Assembly (NCBI GenBank): GCA_963668695.2 | Contig: CAXXLQ010000004.1 | Coordinates: forward strand, 2,944,001-3,008,000 | Length of the DNA: 64,000 nt | Direction: 5' to 3' | Source of the DNA: Vicinamibacteria bacterium | GTDB lineage: Bacteria; Acidobacteriota; Vicinamibacteria; Marinacidobacterales; Marinacidobacteraceae | Shown: positions 10,044 to 20,628 of the stretch, in pieces | How the letters are laid out: each line of letters starts with the position of its first letter | Position numbering within the stretch: the first letter of the stretch is position 1 | The notes under the pieces: generated by a model | Told to the model about the DNA's origin: nothing | Database searches by the model: none | The model's input: only the letters and a program-made list of their open reading frames with translations | Made by a program: the position numbers and the translations under genes

Positions 10044-10811
10044 CTAGGGCGTCCCGGCAGGCAAGGACAGGACCCGGTCCACTTCGGCCTCGAGCACCGC
10101 GAAAGGCTGATCCGTGCTGGGCGCCGGGTGCAGGAGTCCGTCCCGGTCGATGAGGAAGTTCGCGGGATATCGCGCCGTCTGCGTGAAGATGTCCGGCACT
10201 ACGCCGTCCTCGAGTGCCTCCGGCACCAGCAACGGGTAGTCCACCGACAGTACGTCGCTGCGAAAGCCCTGCTGGATGGCTTCTTCCTCGGTCGAAATTC
10301 CGTACACCAGGAGGCCGTCGTTCGCGCGTTCGCGGGCCAACCGGTCCAGCTCGGGCATTTCGGCGCGGCAGGGCGGGCACCAGGTCGCCCAGATGTTCAC
10401 GAGCACCACCGATCCGCGATGATCCAAGAGCCGGTGGACCCGGCCGTCGAGATCCTGCGCCACGAACTCGGGCGCGGGCACCCCTGAGAGCGCCAGGTTG
10501 GCGGCCTGCCGGGCGCGCCGAACGGCCCCTCCGATCGGTGCACTGACGAGGCCAAGCGAAAGGAGGGCTACCGACGCTCCTACCCATCCGCTCCCACGGA
10601 GTCCACCGGCCCGGTAGCTGTGAAGCGCGCGCCGGAGCGCGAACGCGGGGGGAAGCAGCATGACGAGCGCCACCGCTCCGAGGCGAAACAGGTAGTCCTC
10701 ATCCGGATTCGAACTCAGCCGGGTGAGCCCGAGGTACGCGCCGGCGCCAAAGGCCGCCGAGAGGAGGGGCGAGAGGACGCCGGGCCAGAAGGGAGAACGG
10801 GAGGCGGTCAT
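10044..10811 (-). CDS. Membrane-anchored TlpA/ResA-family thiol:disulfide oxidoreductase
   Basis: VLVNIWATWCPPCRAEMPEL; YPANFLIDRDG; three N-terminal hydrophobic segments. Confidence 0.88.
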   Translation of the reverse strand: MTASRSPFWPGVLSPLLSAAFGAGAYLGLTRLSSNPDEDYLFRLGAVALVMLLPPAFALRRALHSYRAGGLRGSGWVGASVALLSLGLVSAPIGGAVRRARQAANLALSGVPAPEFVAQDLDGRVHRLLDHRGSVVLVNIWATWCPPCRAEMPELDRLARERANDGLLVYGISTEEEAIQQGFRSDVLSVDYPLLVPEALEDGVVPDIFTQTARYPANFLIDRDGLLHPAPSTDQPFAVLEAEVDRVLSLPAGTP

Positions 10812-11088
10812 CGAAGAAGCCTAGCCCGGACTTTTCCTACCGACGATTTCACGAGAGACGCTGGTTGCCGTAACTTGTTGACAATCTCATTGGTTGCGCA
10901 TGAGACTCAGACCCCGGCCGAGCTGACGGCGCGCACGTCCGGGAACGCCGGCCAGTTCTCCCGGTGGGGGCCTTCAGACCGGCAGCGCCCGCCGAGAGGC
11001 GGGCGAAAGGCGCGACGCGGGCGGTGTGGTTGCGACGCCCGACTTGCCGCCGTGCGGCATGCGGAGTATGAGAAATGCGGCCTAGCCC

Positions 11089-12544
11089 CGATACTGTTCA
11101 CTTAGTGTATTTGGTTCGTTATGCTTGCCCCCGGCTCGGCCGGGAGGTTGCCTATGGCGAGAACGGTTGCGGAGCTTCCGAAAGGGAGCCGGATCACCGA
11201 CTACATCAGCCTCGGGGTGCTGAACGAGCGGATCCCGCGGGCGGCAGTGGACGAGGCGCTGCGGGCTACGGGGCGGCAGAGTGCCCGTCAGCGGGACCTG
11301 CCGGCGCACGTGGTGGTGTATTACGTGATCGCCTTGGCGCTGTACATGCAGTCGTCGTATCGAGAGGTTCTGCGGTGCCTGGTGGAAGGGCTGCGGTGGC
11401 TGGGCGATCCGTCAGCACGCCCACGGGTGGCGGGGAAGTCGGGGATTTCGCAGGCGCGCAAGAGGCTGGGCGCCGAACCGCTGCAAGCCCTGCATGACGC
11501 CGTGGTGCGGCCGGTGGGGCAGCCATCGGAACCGGGATGCGGCTATCGGCAGTGGCACGTGGTCAGCGTGGACGGCAGCACTTTGGATGTCGCGGACGAG
11601 TCTCCCAACGCGGCGGCCTTCGGACGCCCCGGCGCGAGTCGCGGCGCCAGTGCCTTCCCCCAGATCCGATTCGTGTCGTTGGTCGAGAACGGAACCCATG
11701 TTCTGTTTGCGAGCCGGATGGCGGGTTGCAACGTGAGCGAACAGCGCCTGGTCGAGGACGTGATGCCTTCCTTGAAGGCGGGCATGTTGTGTCTGGCGGA
11801 CCGCAACTTCTTCAGCTACGGCCGGTGGAATCAGGCCCGCACCGCGGGGGCGGATCTGTTGTGGCGCATCAAGAAGAACCTGCGCCTGCCACGGGAAACC
11901 CCGTTGGGCGACGGCTCCTATGTGAGCCGGATCTACGCCTCCGACAAAGACCGACGCCACGGGCGAGACGCGGTTCGGGTGCGGGTGATCGACTATCAAC
12001 TGTCCGGCGTGGGCGACGCCGAACCGCTGTACCGGCTGCTGACCACGGTGCTGGATGCGGATCGCGCCCCGGCCCCGGAACTCGCCACCCTCTACCACGA
12101 GCGCTGGGAGATCGAAACCGCGCTGGACGAACTCAAGACCCACCTCCGAGGCCCCCGGATCGTCCTCCGCAGCAAAACTCCCGAACTCGTCCGCCAGGAG
12201 TTCTGGGGCCTGATGTTGGCCCACTTCGCCATCCGCTCCCTCATGCACGACGCCGCCCGGCAGAGCGGAGACGACCCAGACCGACTCTCCTACCTCCATG
12301 CGGTTCGTGCGATCCGTCGCAACATCATCACCCACAGCGCCATTCCCCCCTCAGCGTCAGGACAGCCGCCGCCAACATCTCCTTGACGAACTCCTCGACG
12401 AACGGGTGGTGTCCCGTCGCAACCGGTGCACGCCCCGCGGTGGCAAGCGCAAGATGAGCGGTTATCCGCTGCGCCCCAGGCACGCTCCCTCCTGCCGCAT
12501 GGACGGCCCGCCAACCGTCCGAATCGTCTAAGTGAACAGTATTG
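11089..12544 (+). mobile_element. IS4-family insertion sequence
   Basis: 17-bp terminal inverted repeats CGATACTGTTCACTTAG / CTAAGTGAACAGTATTG (1 mismatch), extendable to CTAG at 11082 and 12548; encloses a transposase. Confidence 0.92.
11154..12386 (+). CDS. IS4-family DDE transposase
   Basis: GGGAGG RBS before ATG 11154; VDGST (D), LADRNF (D), YHERWEIETALDELK (YREK signature with E). Confidence 0.93.
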   Translation: MARTVAELPKGSRITDYISLGVLNERIPRAAVDEALRATGRQSARQRDLPAHVVVYYVIALALYMQSSYREVLRCLVEGLRWLGDPSARPRVAGKSGISQARKRLGAEPLQALHDAVVRPVGQPSEPGCGYRQWHVVSVDGSTLDVADESPNAAAFGRPGASRGASAFPQIRFVSLVENGTHVLFASRMAGCNVSEQRLVEDVMPSLKAGMLCLADRNFFSYGRWNQARTAGADLLWRIKKNLRLPRETPLGDGSYVSRIYASDKDRRHGRDAVRVRVIDYQLSGVGDAEPLYRLLTTVLDADRAPAPELATLYHERWEIETALDELKTHLRGPRIVLRSKTPELVRQEFWGLMLAHFAIRSLMHDAARQSGDDPDRLSYLHAVRAIRRNIITHSAIPPSASGQPPPTSP

Positions 12545-12547
12545 GGG

Positions 12548-13582
12548 CTAGCCGCCGGCGGCGAGACGTTGAGTGAGGCCCTCGTCAACGTAGCGGCGCC
12601 GGATGCCGGGGATGAGATAGCGGGAAAAGAGTGTCTCCGCGTCGTGTGCCGGATTGAAGTGGAAATCCCGGCGGGCGGCTGAATCGTCCACGGCGGCTGG
12701 CCAACTCGCGACGATGCGGGCGCGAGTTGCGTCGAGTTCGAACAGGACCTCGAGTTCCGGAAAATCCTGGGCGACCCGCGCGATGATTTCCGTCGCCGAG
12801 AGGCTCGCGCCCCCGAGGTTATAGGCGGTTCTGGTCAGCGCCCCCTTCTCCCGGCCGGCGAGGCGCAAGACTCCTTCCACCGCGTCGGGCATGGCGCAAA
12901 AGGGCAGGCGGGCCTCGGGCTCGACGAAGCACGCGTACGGCTCGCCCCGCGCGGCGGCGTGGATGAGTTCCGGAGCCCAGTCGCTCGTCCCACCTTGGGG
13001 CAGGGTGTTCGCAGAAATGAGCCCGGGGAGCCGAACCGCTCGAAAGTCCAGACCGCTGCCCAGATGTTCCACGGTAGCCCCCAGCCGCTCGACATAGAGT
13101 TTCTGGGCCCCGTAGAGGGTGCTCGGGTCGAGGTGGTCGTCTTCGCGGACAGGCGCGGCGGCGTCCTTGGCTTCCTGGGATGCGAGTCCGTAGACCGCGA
13201 TCGAGCTGGGGAACACGAACCGGACCGGGTTCTCCGGAGTCGCAACGTCCGAGGCCATGGCAATGAGGCGGGCGGTTCCGTCGGCGTTGACCACGTGCGC
13301 GAGCAGCGGGACCGATTCAGCGCGGGTCGAGAGGATCGCCGCGAGATGGAAGATCAAGGTGGGGCGGTAGCGCGCCAGCAACGCTTTCCAGAGCGCCGGA
13401 TCGAGGATATCTCCCTGGAAATGCTCCTGGGGGCAGTCGCCGGCGCCCATGTCAGGCAGCGGCTGGAGATCCACCGTTACCACGCGCTCGGGGTGGCCCG
13501 CGAGCAGACGGGAGAGGAGGGCGTTGCCGATCTCTCCCGCCGCCCCGGTGATCAGGGTGACCGGAACCCGCCCGTCGCTCAC
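12548..13582 (-). CDS. Extended SDR / NAD-dependent epimerase-dehydratase, L-threonine 3-dehydrogenase-like
   Basis: LITGAAGEIG; FHLAAILS; PSSIAVYG; YGAQK; DFRAVRLPGLIS...GGTSD. Confidence 0.8.
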   Translation of the reverse strand: MSDGRVPVTLITGAAGEIGNALLSRLLAGHPERVVTVDLQPLPDMGAGDCPQEHFQGDILDPALWKALLARYRPTLIFHLAAILSTRAESVPLLAHVVNADGTARLIAMASDVATPENPVRFVFPSSIAVYGLASQEAKDAAAPVREDDHLDPSTLYGAQKLYVERLGATVEHLGSGLDFRAVRLPGLISANTLPQGGTSDWAPELIHAAARGEPYACFVEPEARLPFCAMPDAVEGVLRLAGREKGALTRTAYNLGGASLSATEIIARVAQDFPELEVLFELDATRARIVASWPAAVDDSAARRDFHFNPAHDAETLFSRYLIPGIRRRYVDEGLTQRLAAGG

Positions 13583-14286
13583 TTTGCAGAATCTCCGGCG
13601 CCGGGTTGGTCCTCAAGCACCCGTCGCAGAAAGAACCCGAGGTCGTGAATCTCCGCCTCTGACACGTGGTGCGCCATCGGATAGTCGTGGAACTCCACCG
13701 GCCAACCGGCGTTCGTCAACACCCGGCGGCTCACCGCGGCGAAATGGAGCGGGATCATCGGATCGAAAGAGCCGTGGGCCTGAAAGATGGGGACGGGTGG
13801 GTCCCGCGGCGCGACCACCGCTTCGAAGTCCGGGACGTAGGTGGAAAGCGCCACCACCCCGGCCACTTCGACGGGCGGTTCACCTCCGGGGCCGGGGCAG
13901 ACCGTCGCGTGGAGCACCACCGCCCCGCCCTGCGAGAAACCTGCCAGCAGGAGGCGTTCCGGCGGGATCCCCCGCTCGCGCTCCCGTTCGAGGAGCGCTC
14001 TGACTCCGGCCACGGATTCAGCGAGGTGCTGCCGGTTCGCGCTGCCCTCCCGCGTCAACGATGCGATGTCGAACCAGGCCCGCATCGAGGCGCCGCCGTT
14101 GATGGTTACCGGACGGAAGGGAGCTTCGGGAAACAGGAAGCGGACCCCGAGCGACTCCGGGAGGCGAAGGGCCGGAACGATGGGCTCGAAATCGTGCCCG
14201 TCGGCGCCGAGCCCGTGCAGCCAGATGATGGTGGTCCGATGCGCGCCCGCGGGCGCTACCTCCACGACGTTCCATGACGGTTCCAC
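13579..14286 (-). CDS. Carboxylesterase/phospholipase (alpha/beta hydrolase, EstB-like)
   Basis: IWLHGLGADGHDF; RPVTINGG..MRAWFDI; GFSQGG; HGSFDPMI; YPMAH. Confidence 0.92.
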   Translation of the reverse strand: MEPSWNVVEVAPAGAHRTTIIWLHGLGADGHDFEPIVPALRLPESLGVRFLFPEAPFRPVTINGGASMRAWFDIASLTREGSANRQHLAESVAGVRALLERERERGIPPERLLLAGFSQGGAVVLHATVCPGPGGEPPVEVAGVVALSTYVPDFEAVVAPRDPPVPIFQAHGSFDPMIPLHFAAVSRRVLTNAGWPVEFHDYPMAHHVSEAEIHDLGFFLRRVLEDQPGAGDSAK

Positions 14287-14342
14287 CGTTCTCGGGGGGC
14301 CGGCGCCGGTCTCCTGGCCGGGTCGGCTTCCCGGGACAGGGG

Positions 14343-17300
14343 TCAGAACTGTTCCTCCAGCACGGTTTCAAGCGTGTCCAGATAGTGGGCGGTGTCATCC
14401 GAAGAGAAGGCGAGCGGTGGCTTGAGCTTGACGACGTTGGCATCCGGGCCGTCGGTACTGTTCAGGATTCGGAACTCGCGGAGGCGGTTCACGAGCCGTC
14501 GCGCCTCCCGCGGGGCGGGTTCGCGACTCGCCGGATCCCGCACCATTTCAAATCCCAGAAACAGCCCGCGCCCCCGAACCTGACCGAGAATAGGGTAGCG
14601 GTTCTGGAGCGCTTTCAGCCCTTCAAGAAGTTGTCCGCCGACCGTGTCGGCGTGCTCGGCCAGTCGTTCATCCCGGATCACGTCGAGCACTGCGAGACCC
14701 GCGGCGCGGGAGACCGGATTTCCGCCAAAGGTGTTGAAGTACTCCATCCCGTTCTCGAAGGAACGGGCGAGTTCGCGAGTGGTGACCACCGCCCCGAGGG
14801 GATGTCCGTTCCCGGCCGGTTTTCCGAGAGTGACGATGTCCGGGCAAACGGATTCCTCTCCGTCCTGAACCGCGATAAACGCCCAAAAGGCCGGTCCCAC
14901 CCGCCCGAACCCGGTCTGGACCTCGTCCGCCACGATGACTCCGCCGGTGTTGCGCACCGCCCGGTAGAGGGCCTTGAGGTAGCCGGGCGGCGGCACGATC
15001 TGGCCGCCACAACTCAGGATGGCCTCCCCGATCAGGGTGGCGGGTCCTGCCTGCCGGACCCGAGATTCGGCATCGGCGATCAGTGACGCAGCGAATTGTG
15101 GCTCTTGGTCCCGGAAACGGCCTCGGAAGCCGTCGGGCATGGGCAACCGGTGCAGCCAGGAGGGTCCGGGCCGCCCTCCCCTGCCATCGAGTTTGTAGGG
15201 GCTCACCTCGATGAGGGAGGTGAGGTTGCCGTGGTATCCACCGTCGAAGACGAGGGTTTCCTGCCGTCCCAGGTGGGTCCGGGCAATGCGGAGCGCCAGG
15301 TCGTTCGCCTCGCTTCCTGAATTCGTGAGGAATACCACCTCGAGAGGTGCGGGCAGGGTGGCGGCGAGGCGTTCCGCGTAGTCCGTGAGTTGGCGATAGA
15401 GATAGCGGGTGTTCGTGTTCAGGAGCTGTGCCTGAGCACGGATTGCCTCGACTACCCGGGGGTGCGCGTGTCCCACGTGACAGACGTTGTTGACCATGTC
15501 GAGGAAATCCCGGCCCGCCTGGTCGTAGAGCTTGGCGCCGCGGCCGCGCACCACCTGGATCGGCGTGTCGTAGGCGATGCTGAGCGCGTGGCTGAACCGC
15601 CTGGTGCGCGCTTCCAGGAGACGACCTTCGGTGTTTTCGAGCGTCCCCGCGGCAACGGCCGCGGAGGGATCCAGGCCCAGGAAGGGCGATGGATCGGGGC
15701 TGAGGGCGGAGAGCACCGCAAGATCGCGGCCGTTGCTCATCCTGGGCGGATCGCCACCGAGGTCGGAGAGGAGTACCTGGAAATGCAGATGGGGCGGCCA
15801 GCCCTCGTTTGGTGCATTCGCCAGCGCGCCCAACATCGCTCCTCGGCGGACGCAGTCTCCCGGACCGAGGTGCGAAAGCGAGCCCCGGTCGAGGTGCCGG
15901 TATGAGGTCCAGAAGGTTTCTTTCCCGGCTTCGTGTTTCAGACCGAGCGTGAGCCCCCCTCCGAACGAGCCGCAGTTGTCCGTGGTCCAGGCGACTTCTC
16001 CATCCAGCACGGCTCTGACGGGCGTTCCCGGGTCGGCGAACACCTCGATTCCGAGCGAAAGCGTGGCCGGTTCGTCCTTCCGGCACCCGGGACGTTCGGC
16101 GGGCGCGATCTCGGGGAATCGTGGTTCGAGATGGCGACCAATCGCCCTCTTTCCCCCATCGGTCGCGGCCGTGACCGTCTGATGCAGGATCTCGAGCGCG
16201 GCGGCTGGATCAAGCGTCGGGCATTCGGGGGAGAGGTCCAGAATGCAGACGTGGGGTGCCGGAGCAATTGGGGGTGCGGCGCGCTCGGCGGCGCGTCGAA
16301 CGGCAGCGGCTTTTGTCGCCGCGCGGGGCAGGGGGGCGTGACCGGCGGCCATCCGGAAGCGTCCATCGGTGACGTCCGGCGCCTCGTCGTCGAGTGCCTG
16401 GAGGAACGCCCAGACACCGGTCTCGCTGACCAGGAGATACTCCTCGGCGGCGGCCTCCGGCACGTGCGCGCGGCGGAGCGCCGCCACTCCGGCGCTCACC
16501 AGCGCCCGCGTCGCGATGGCGGTGCGGAAGAGGTCGGCTTCCTCCTCACTCACCGCAAGTTCCCTGGCGAATCCGGCCAGGACCCGGGCGGCGGCCGGGA
16601 GCGGCTCGGCCGTGGCGGCTGCCACATACAGCGCGCCGGTCGCTGCCTCGATGATGGACGGTCCGCGGAGGGCGTCCCCGAAGTCGAGCAGCGCGAAGTG
16701 CTCCGGCTCGGCCGACTCGGCCTCGCCCGCGACCAGGAGCAAGTTGTCATCGTTTGCGTCGTTGTGGAGCGCCGCGGCTGGAAGGGCCAGGAGCCGGGGC
16801 AGGTCTCCCAGCACCGAGTCGGCGACTCGCCGGTAGAGTCGGCCCGGGCCGCGTTCACCCAGTACTTCCGAAGCTGACGCGATGACGCTCGCGGCGTGGA
16901 CCGGCGCCCAGGGAATGTCCTGGAGGTCGAGCCCGGGGTGATCGAAGCCATTCAGGGCGGATTGCAGGCGGCCCAGTAGCCGGCCGACGGACTCGAGGAG
17001 GGCGTGGGGACGGCGACGGAAAGTCGAGAGAGGTACGCCCTCGGCGTACCGAAAGAGGCGAACGTGGTGATCGCCGCTTTCGAAGGGGTACGTCGCCAGG
17101 GTGCGGCCGGCGGGGTCGGCGAGCGCCTCCGGCAGGCGCAGGTTCGCATCGCGCTCGCGGGCATACCCGATAAGGCGTTCTTGCAGCTCGAGCCGGCGTC
17201 GATCCTCGGCCCCGCCGGAAATCTTGAGAACGAACCGCGCGCCGCGGTTGTCCTGCAACAGGAAATTACGGTCCCGCTCTCCGGGAAGCGGGGTGGCCCG

Positions 17301-17420
17301 GGTCTTGATTCCCCACAGTTCGCTCGCGACTGCCGCGGCCTGCTCGGCGTTTGCCTGAGGGCGCGCGGCCAGCGGATCGATGGCGAAGGGCACCTGGCCG
17401 TCGGGCACGGTTTTCGGCAT
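14343..17420 (-). CDS. Fusion: APH-type kinase + M23-like domain + class III PLP aminotransferase/phospho-lyase (hydroxylysine kinase / phosphohydroxylysine phospho-lyase-like)
   Basis: Kinase [22 protein letters not shown]; middle GWPPHLHFQ; [46 protein letters not shown]; ATG 17420 overlaps the ALDH stop (ATGA). Confidence 0.85.
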   Translation of the reverse strand: MPKTVPDGQVPFAIDPLAARPQANAEQAAAVASELWGIKTRATPLPGERDRNFLLQDNRGARFVLKISGGAEDRRRLELQERLIGYARERDANLRLPEALADPAGRTLATYPFESGDHHVRLFRYAEGVPLSTFRRRPHALLESVGRLLGRLQSALNGFDHPGLDLQDIPWAPVHAASVIASASEVLGERGPGRLYRRVADSVLGDLPRLLALPAAALHNDANDDNLLLVAGEAESAEPEHFALLDFGDALRGPSIIEAATGALYVAAATAEPLPAAARVLAGFARELAVSEEEADLFRTAIATRALVSAGVAALRRAHVPEAAAEEYLLVSETGVWAFLQALDDEAPDVTDGRFRMAAGHAPLPRAATKAAAVRRAAERAAPPIAPAPHVCILDLSPECPTLDPAAALEILHQTVTAATDGGKRAIGRHLEPRFPEIAPAERPGCRKDEPATLSLGIEVFADPGTPVRAVLDGEVAWTTDNCGSFGGGLTLGLKHEAGKETFWTSYRHLDRGSLSHLGPGDCVRRGAMLGALANAPNEGWPPHLHFQVLLSDLGGDPPRMSNGRDLAVLSALSPDPSPFLGLDPSAAVAAGTLENTEGRLLEARTRRFSHALSIAYDTPIQVVRGRGAKLYDQAGRDFLDMVNNVCHVGHAHPRVVEAIRAQAQLLNTNTRYLYRQLTDYAERLAATLPAPLEVVFLTNSGSEANDLALRIARTHLGRQETLVFDGGYHGNLTSLIEVSPYKLDGRGGRPGPSWLHRLPMPDGFRGRFRDQEPQFAASLIADAESRVRQAGPATLIGEAILSCGGQIVPPPGYLKALYRAVRNTGGVIVADEVQTGFGRVGPAFWAFIAVQDGEESVCPDIVTLGKPAGNGHPLGAVVTTRELARSFENGMEYFNTFGGNPVSRAAGLAVLDVIRDERLAEHADTVGGQLLEGLKALQNRYPILGQVRGRGLFLGFEMVRDPASREPAPREARRLVNRLREFRILNSTDGPDANVVKLKPPLAFSSDDTAHYLDTLETVLEEQF

Positions 17421-18793
17421 CAGCGGAGCAGGAGCCGTAGCAGTCCCAACTTGCCCCGGTAGGGCGGATAACGCACCGGCGGATCCAGCCACGTCGCGGC
17501 GTTCAGCACCGCCCGCGGCTGGGATAGGAGTTCGAAGCCGTGGCGGCCGTGATACCGGCCGTGCCCGCTTCTTCCAACGCCTCCGAAGGGCAGAGCGGGG
17601 TTAGCACAATGGACCACTGCGTCGTTGGTGACGAGGGCCCCCGAGCGAAGCGCGGCGGCGGCGCGCCGAATCGGCTCTTGCCGGCGGGAAAAGACATAGA
17701 GCGCCAGCGGGTCGGGGTGCGCCTTGATCTCGCGGAGCGCCTCTTCGAGATCCTTGTAGGGCAGAAGCGGCAGGATTGGCCCGAAGATTTCCTCCCGCTG
17801 GGCCGCGTGGCCCTCGGGCCATGGACCGGTAACCGTGGGGCCGAAATAGAGTCGCTCGGCGTCCCGGTCCCCACCCTTCAGGAGGGGAAGTCCGGTCAGC
17901 AACTCCTCAAGGCGCCGGAAGTGATCCCGGTGCACGATCCGGCCGTAGTCGGGACTCTCGGCAGGCGCCCCGCCGTAGAAGCGGTCCAGGTTTTCGCCGA
18001 GCATCCGGACAAAGGCGTCGAAGCGCTCTTCCGGAACGAGAACGAAGTCAGGCGCTACGCAGGTTTGTCCCGCGTTCAGAAACTTCGCCCACGCGAGGCG
18101 CCGCGCCGCGAGGCGGAGGTTGGCGCTGCGGTCGACGAGTGCCGGACACTTCCCGCCCAGTTCGAGGGTGACGGGAGTGAGCGACCGCCCCGCCGCTTCG
18201 GCGACCTGCGCCCCGGCCCGGCGGCTCCCGGTGAACAGGATGTGGTCGAAATCGTGGCTGAGGAGAGCCTGGGCAGTTTCCGGCCCTCCCTCGACCACTT
18301 CCACGAGCCCGCGCGGCAGTGCGGCAGGCACCAGCTCGGCCAGCTTCCGGGCAGTCGCCGGGGCGTGCTCGGACGGCTTGATCACCACCGCATTCCCGGC
18401 CGCGATGGCCGCCACCGCGGGCGCCAGGGTCAGTTGCAGCGGGTAGTTCCAGGGCGCAATGACGAGGACGACGCCGAGCGGAGTCGGTTCAATCCGGCTG
18501 AGTGCCGGCATGACCGCGAGCGGCGTCGCTACCCGGCGCGGGCGCATCCAGCGCCGCAAATGACGCCTTGCGTAGCGGATTTCCGCGAGCACCAGACCGG
18601 TCTGCGTGGCCCAGGTCTCAAACGCCGGCGCCCCGAGATCGTCCCGGAGCGCGTCTTCCCAGACGTGCTGGTGCTCCCGCAGGACCGCTGCCAGCTTCCC
18701 GAGCGCGGCGCGTCGGAACGTCCCGGGTCTGGTCTCACCCGACTCCACGAGCCGTCGGGCCCGCTCCAGGGGCTCTCGCACGTCTTGGTTCAC
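17420..18793 (-). CDS. Aldehyde dehydrogenase (ALDH3-like)
   Basis: IAPWNYP; KPSE; FTGS; LELGGKCP; [10 protein letters not shown]; EEIFGP; PFGGVGRSG; GTG start inferred. Confidence 0.92.
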   Translation of the reverse strand: MNQDVREPLERARRLVESGETRPGTFRRAALGKLAAVLREHQHVWEDALRDDLGAPAFETWATQTGLVLAEIRYARRHLRRWMRPRRVATPLAVMPALSRIEPTPLGVVLVIAPWNYPLQLTLAPAVAAIAAGNAVVIKPSEHAPATARKLAELVPAALPRGLVEVVEGGPETAQALLSHDFDHILFTGSRRAGAQVAEAAGRSLTPVTLELGGKCPALVDRSANLRLAARRLAWAKFLNAGQTCVAPDFVLVPEERFDAFVRMLGENLDRFYGGAPAESPDYGRIVHRDHFRRLEELLTGLPLLKGGDRDAERLYFGPTVTGPWPEGHAAQREEIFGPILPLLPYKDLEEALREIKAHPDPLALYVFSRRQEPIRRAAAALRSGALVTNDAVVHCANPALPFGGVGRSGHGRYHGRHGFELLSQPRAVLNAATWLDPPVRYPPYRGKLGLLRLLLR

Positions 18794-18917
18794 ACGCCGC
18801 GAGTATACGGAGCCGAGGCGCTTGGAAGGCGTGGAGCTTCGGGCGCGATCGGCGCCTGCCAAATCCTCCTCATGCCCCGCGCCGGGTAGACTTCCGGACG
18901 CCGTATTCCCCCCCGCC

Positions 18918-19559
18918 ATGCGCTTCCTGGAACCCTCGCTTCCGTCTCCGGACAACGCGCGCTCGGGTCGGGTCGAGCCGATACCGGTTCTTGAGAAGCA
19001 CTTCGTACTGAAGACCCCACTCACGCCGCCCTGGCCGGAAGGAATGGAAGAGGCCTTCTTCGGGATGGGGTGTTTCTGGGGTGCCGAGCGACTCTTCTGG
19101 ACGGCCGCCGGGGTCTACACGACCGCCGTCGGCTACTCCGGCGGGCTGACGCCCAATCCCAACTACCGCGAGGTCTGCACCGGTCGAACCGGACATGCGG
19201 AAGTCGTCCGCGTGGTCTTCGACCCCGAGCAAGTGTCGTACGGCGCGCTCCTGCAGATCTTCTGGCAAAACCATGACCCGACGCAGGGAATGCGGCAGGG
19301 GAACGACGTCGGGACGCAGTACCGGTCGGCGATCTACGCGGCTCGAGGCAATCAGCGTGGCGCGGCGCTCGAGACCCGGGACGGCTATGCCGAGCGGCTG
19401 CAAGCGGCGGGATACGGTTCCGTCACCACGGAGATCTCGGGCGCCCCGGTTTTCTACTACGCCGAGGACTACCACCAGCAGTATCTGGCGAAGAACCCGA
19501 GCGGCTATTGCGGCATCGGCGGCACCGGAGTGCCCTGTCCGACCGGCCTCTCAAGCTGA
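18918..19559 (+). CDS. msrA: Peptide methionine sulfoxide reductase A
   Basis: GMGCFWGAE; [14 protein letters not shown]; [19 protein letters not shown]; AEDYHQQYL. Confidence 0.97.
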   Translation: MRFLEPSLPSPDNARSGRVEPIPVLEKHFVLKTPLTPPWPEGMEEAFFGMGCFWGAERLFWTAAGVYTTAVGYSGGLTPNPNYREVCTGRTGHAEVVRVVFDPEQVSYGALLQIFWQNHDPTQGMRQGNDVGTQYRSAIYAARGNQRGAALETRDGYAERLQAAGYGSVTTEISGAPVFYYAEDYHQQYLAKNPSGYCGIGGTGVPCPTGLSS

Positions 19560-19566
19560 GACCAAG

Positions 19567-19938
19567 GTGGCCGATAACGGTCCCAAATCCGCAGCCGAAA
19601 AAGCGGCGACGCTCGGTCTGCGGCAGGTGGAACGCCATATCTTCTTGTGCGCCGACGCGGACAAGCCCAAGTGCTGTGAGCTGCCGGTCGGCTGTGCAAG
19701 CTGGCTCTACCTCAAGCGTCGTCTCGATGAACTCGGCCTCGCCAATGGTCCGACGGGGGGCCGAATCGCGCGCAGCAAGGCCAACTGCCTCCGCGTGTGC
19801 GCCGAGGGCCCTATCGCCGTCGTCTATCCGGAGGGTGTGTGGTACTCCGGGATGACTCCCGAAGCACTCGAAGAGGTCATCCAGGGGCACCTGATCGGGG
19901 GAACCCCGGTGGAGAAATACCGCATCCCGAACAGTTGA
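19567..19938 (+). CDS. Thioredoxin-like [2Fe-2S] ferredoxin
   Basis: RHIFLC...KPKCC; KANCLRVCAEGPIAVVYPEGVWY. Confidence 0.88.
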   Translation: MADNGPKSAAEKAATLGLRQVERHIFLCADADKPKCCELPVGCASWLYLKRRLDELGLANGPTGGRIARSKANCLRVCAEGPIAVVYPEGVWYSGMTPEALEEVIQGHLIGGTPVEKYRIPNS

Positions 19939-19959
19939 GTACCGCTGGCGCTCCGGCGC

Positions 19960-20358
19960 TCAGGAGGCCGTCGCGCCGAAGAGTTGGAAGCCGGCGGCCA
20001 CGAAATCCGGTTCGAGCGTCAGCGCCTCGGTGATTCCGCGGTGCCGCATGACGGCGAAGCTCACCTGATCCACGAAGCTGGTCGTGGCGCCGTCCGAGAG
20101 CGCCGCTAGCGCCTCTCGATGGAGATTTGCCCCCACCCATTCGATTTCAAGTTCCGCCGCATCCCGGGAGAACTCGAGAGCCGCCTGGAGGCTAAGCCGC
20201 CGTTGCAACAGTGCCATCGTTTCCACCAGTACGTAGCTGTGGGTAACGAGCGGACGGCGGCTCCGGAGGGCTAGATCGAACCGGTGGCGGGCGACGCCAT
20301 GGAATTCGTCATGACGGTCGGCGAGCGCGTAGATGAGAGAGGTGTCCAGGAAGATCAT
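19960..20358 (-). CDS. vapC: PIN-domain toxin (VapC family)
   Basis: MIFLDTS; VLVET; SFVDQVSFAVMR; TLEPDF; ATGA overlap with the antitoxin. Confidence 0.88.
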   Translation of the reverse strand: MIFLDTSLIYALADRHDEFHGVARHRFDLALRSRRPLVTHSYVLVETMALLQRRLSLQAALEFSRDAAELEIEWVGANLHREALAALSDGATTSFVDQVSFAVMRHRGITEALTLEPDFVAAGFQLFGATAS

Positions 20359-20618
20359 GGCCTCCGGAACCGCGCGGGGATCGCTTCGTCCAGAAACTCA
20401 TCGTGCCGCACGGACACCGGGCCCTCGAGGGGCGGTTCGCTGCTTCCCGCACCGATGAATCCGAAGTCATCGAGGGTGCGCGGAGGAGGTTGGGGTGTCC
20501 CAAAAGACCCTGCAAGGGCATCGCGGACAACGGATGCCATGGAAGCTTGCTCCGCGAAGGCACGCCGCCGCAGGGCATCGTAGAGAGCTTCGTCCAACTG
20601 AATCTGCAGCCGCTTCAT
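20355..20618 (-). CDS. vapB: Ribbon-helix-helix (CopG-like) antitoxin
   Basis: MKRLQIQLDEALYDALRRRA...SMASVVRDAL; C-terminal SVRHDEFL; directly upstream of the PIN gene. Confidence 0.82.
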   Translation of the reverse strand: MKRLQIQLDEALYDALRRRAFAEQASMASVVRDALAGSFGTPQPPPRTLDDFGFIGAGSSEPPLEGPVSVRHDEFLDEAIPARFRRP

Positions 20619-20628
20619 GACTGAAGAT

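Noticed and set aside
11089-12544. IS4 transposase as the mobiliser of the MITEs
   Set aside because: Its termini (CRATACTGTTCACTTAG) are unrelated to CAGCCTG; only the CTAG-centred target is shared.
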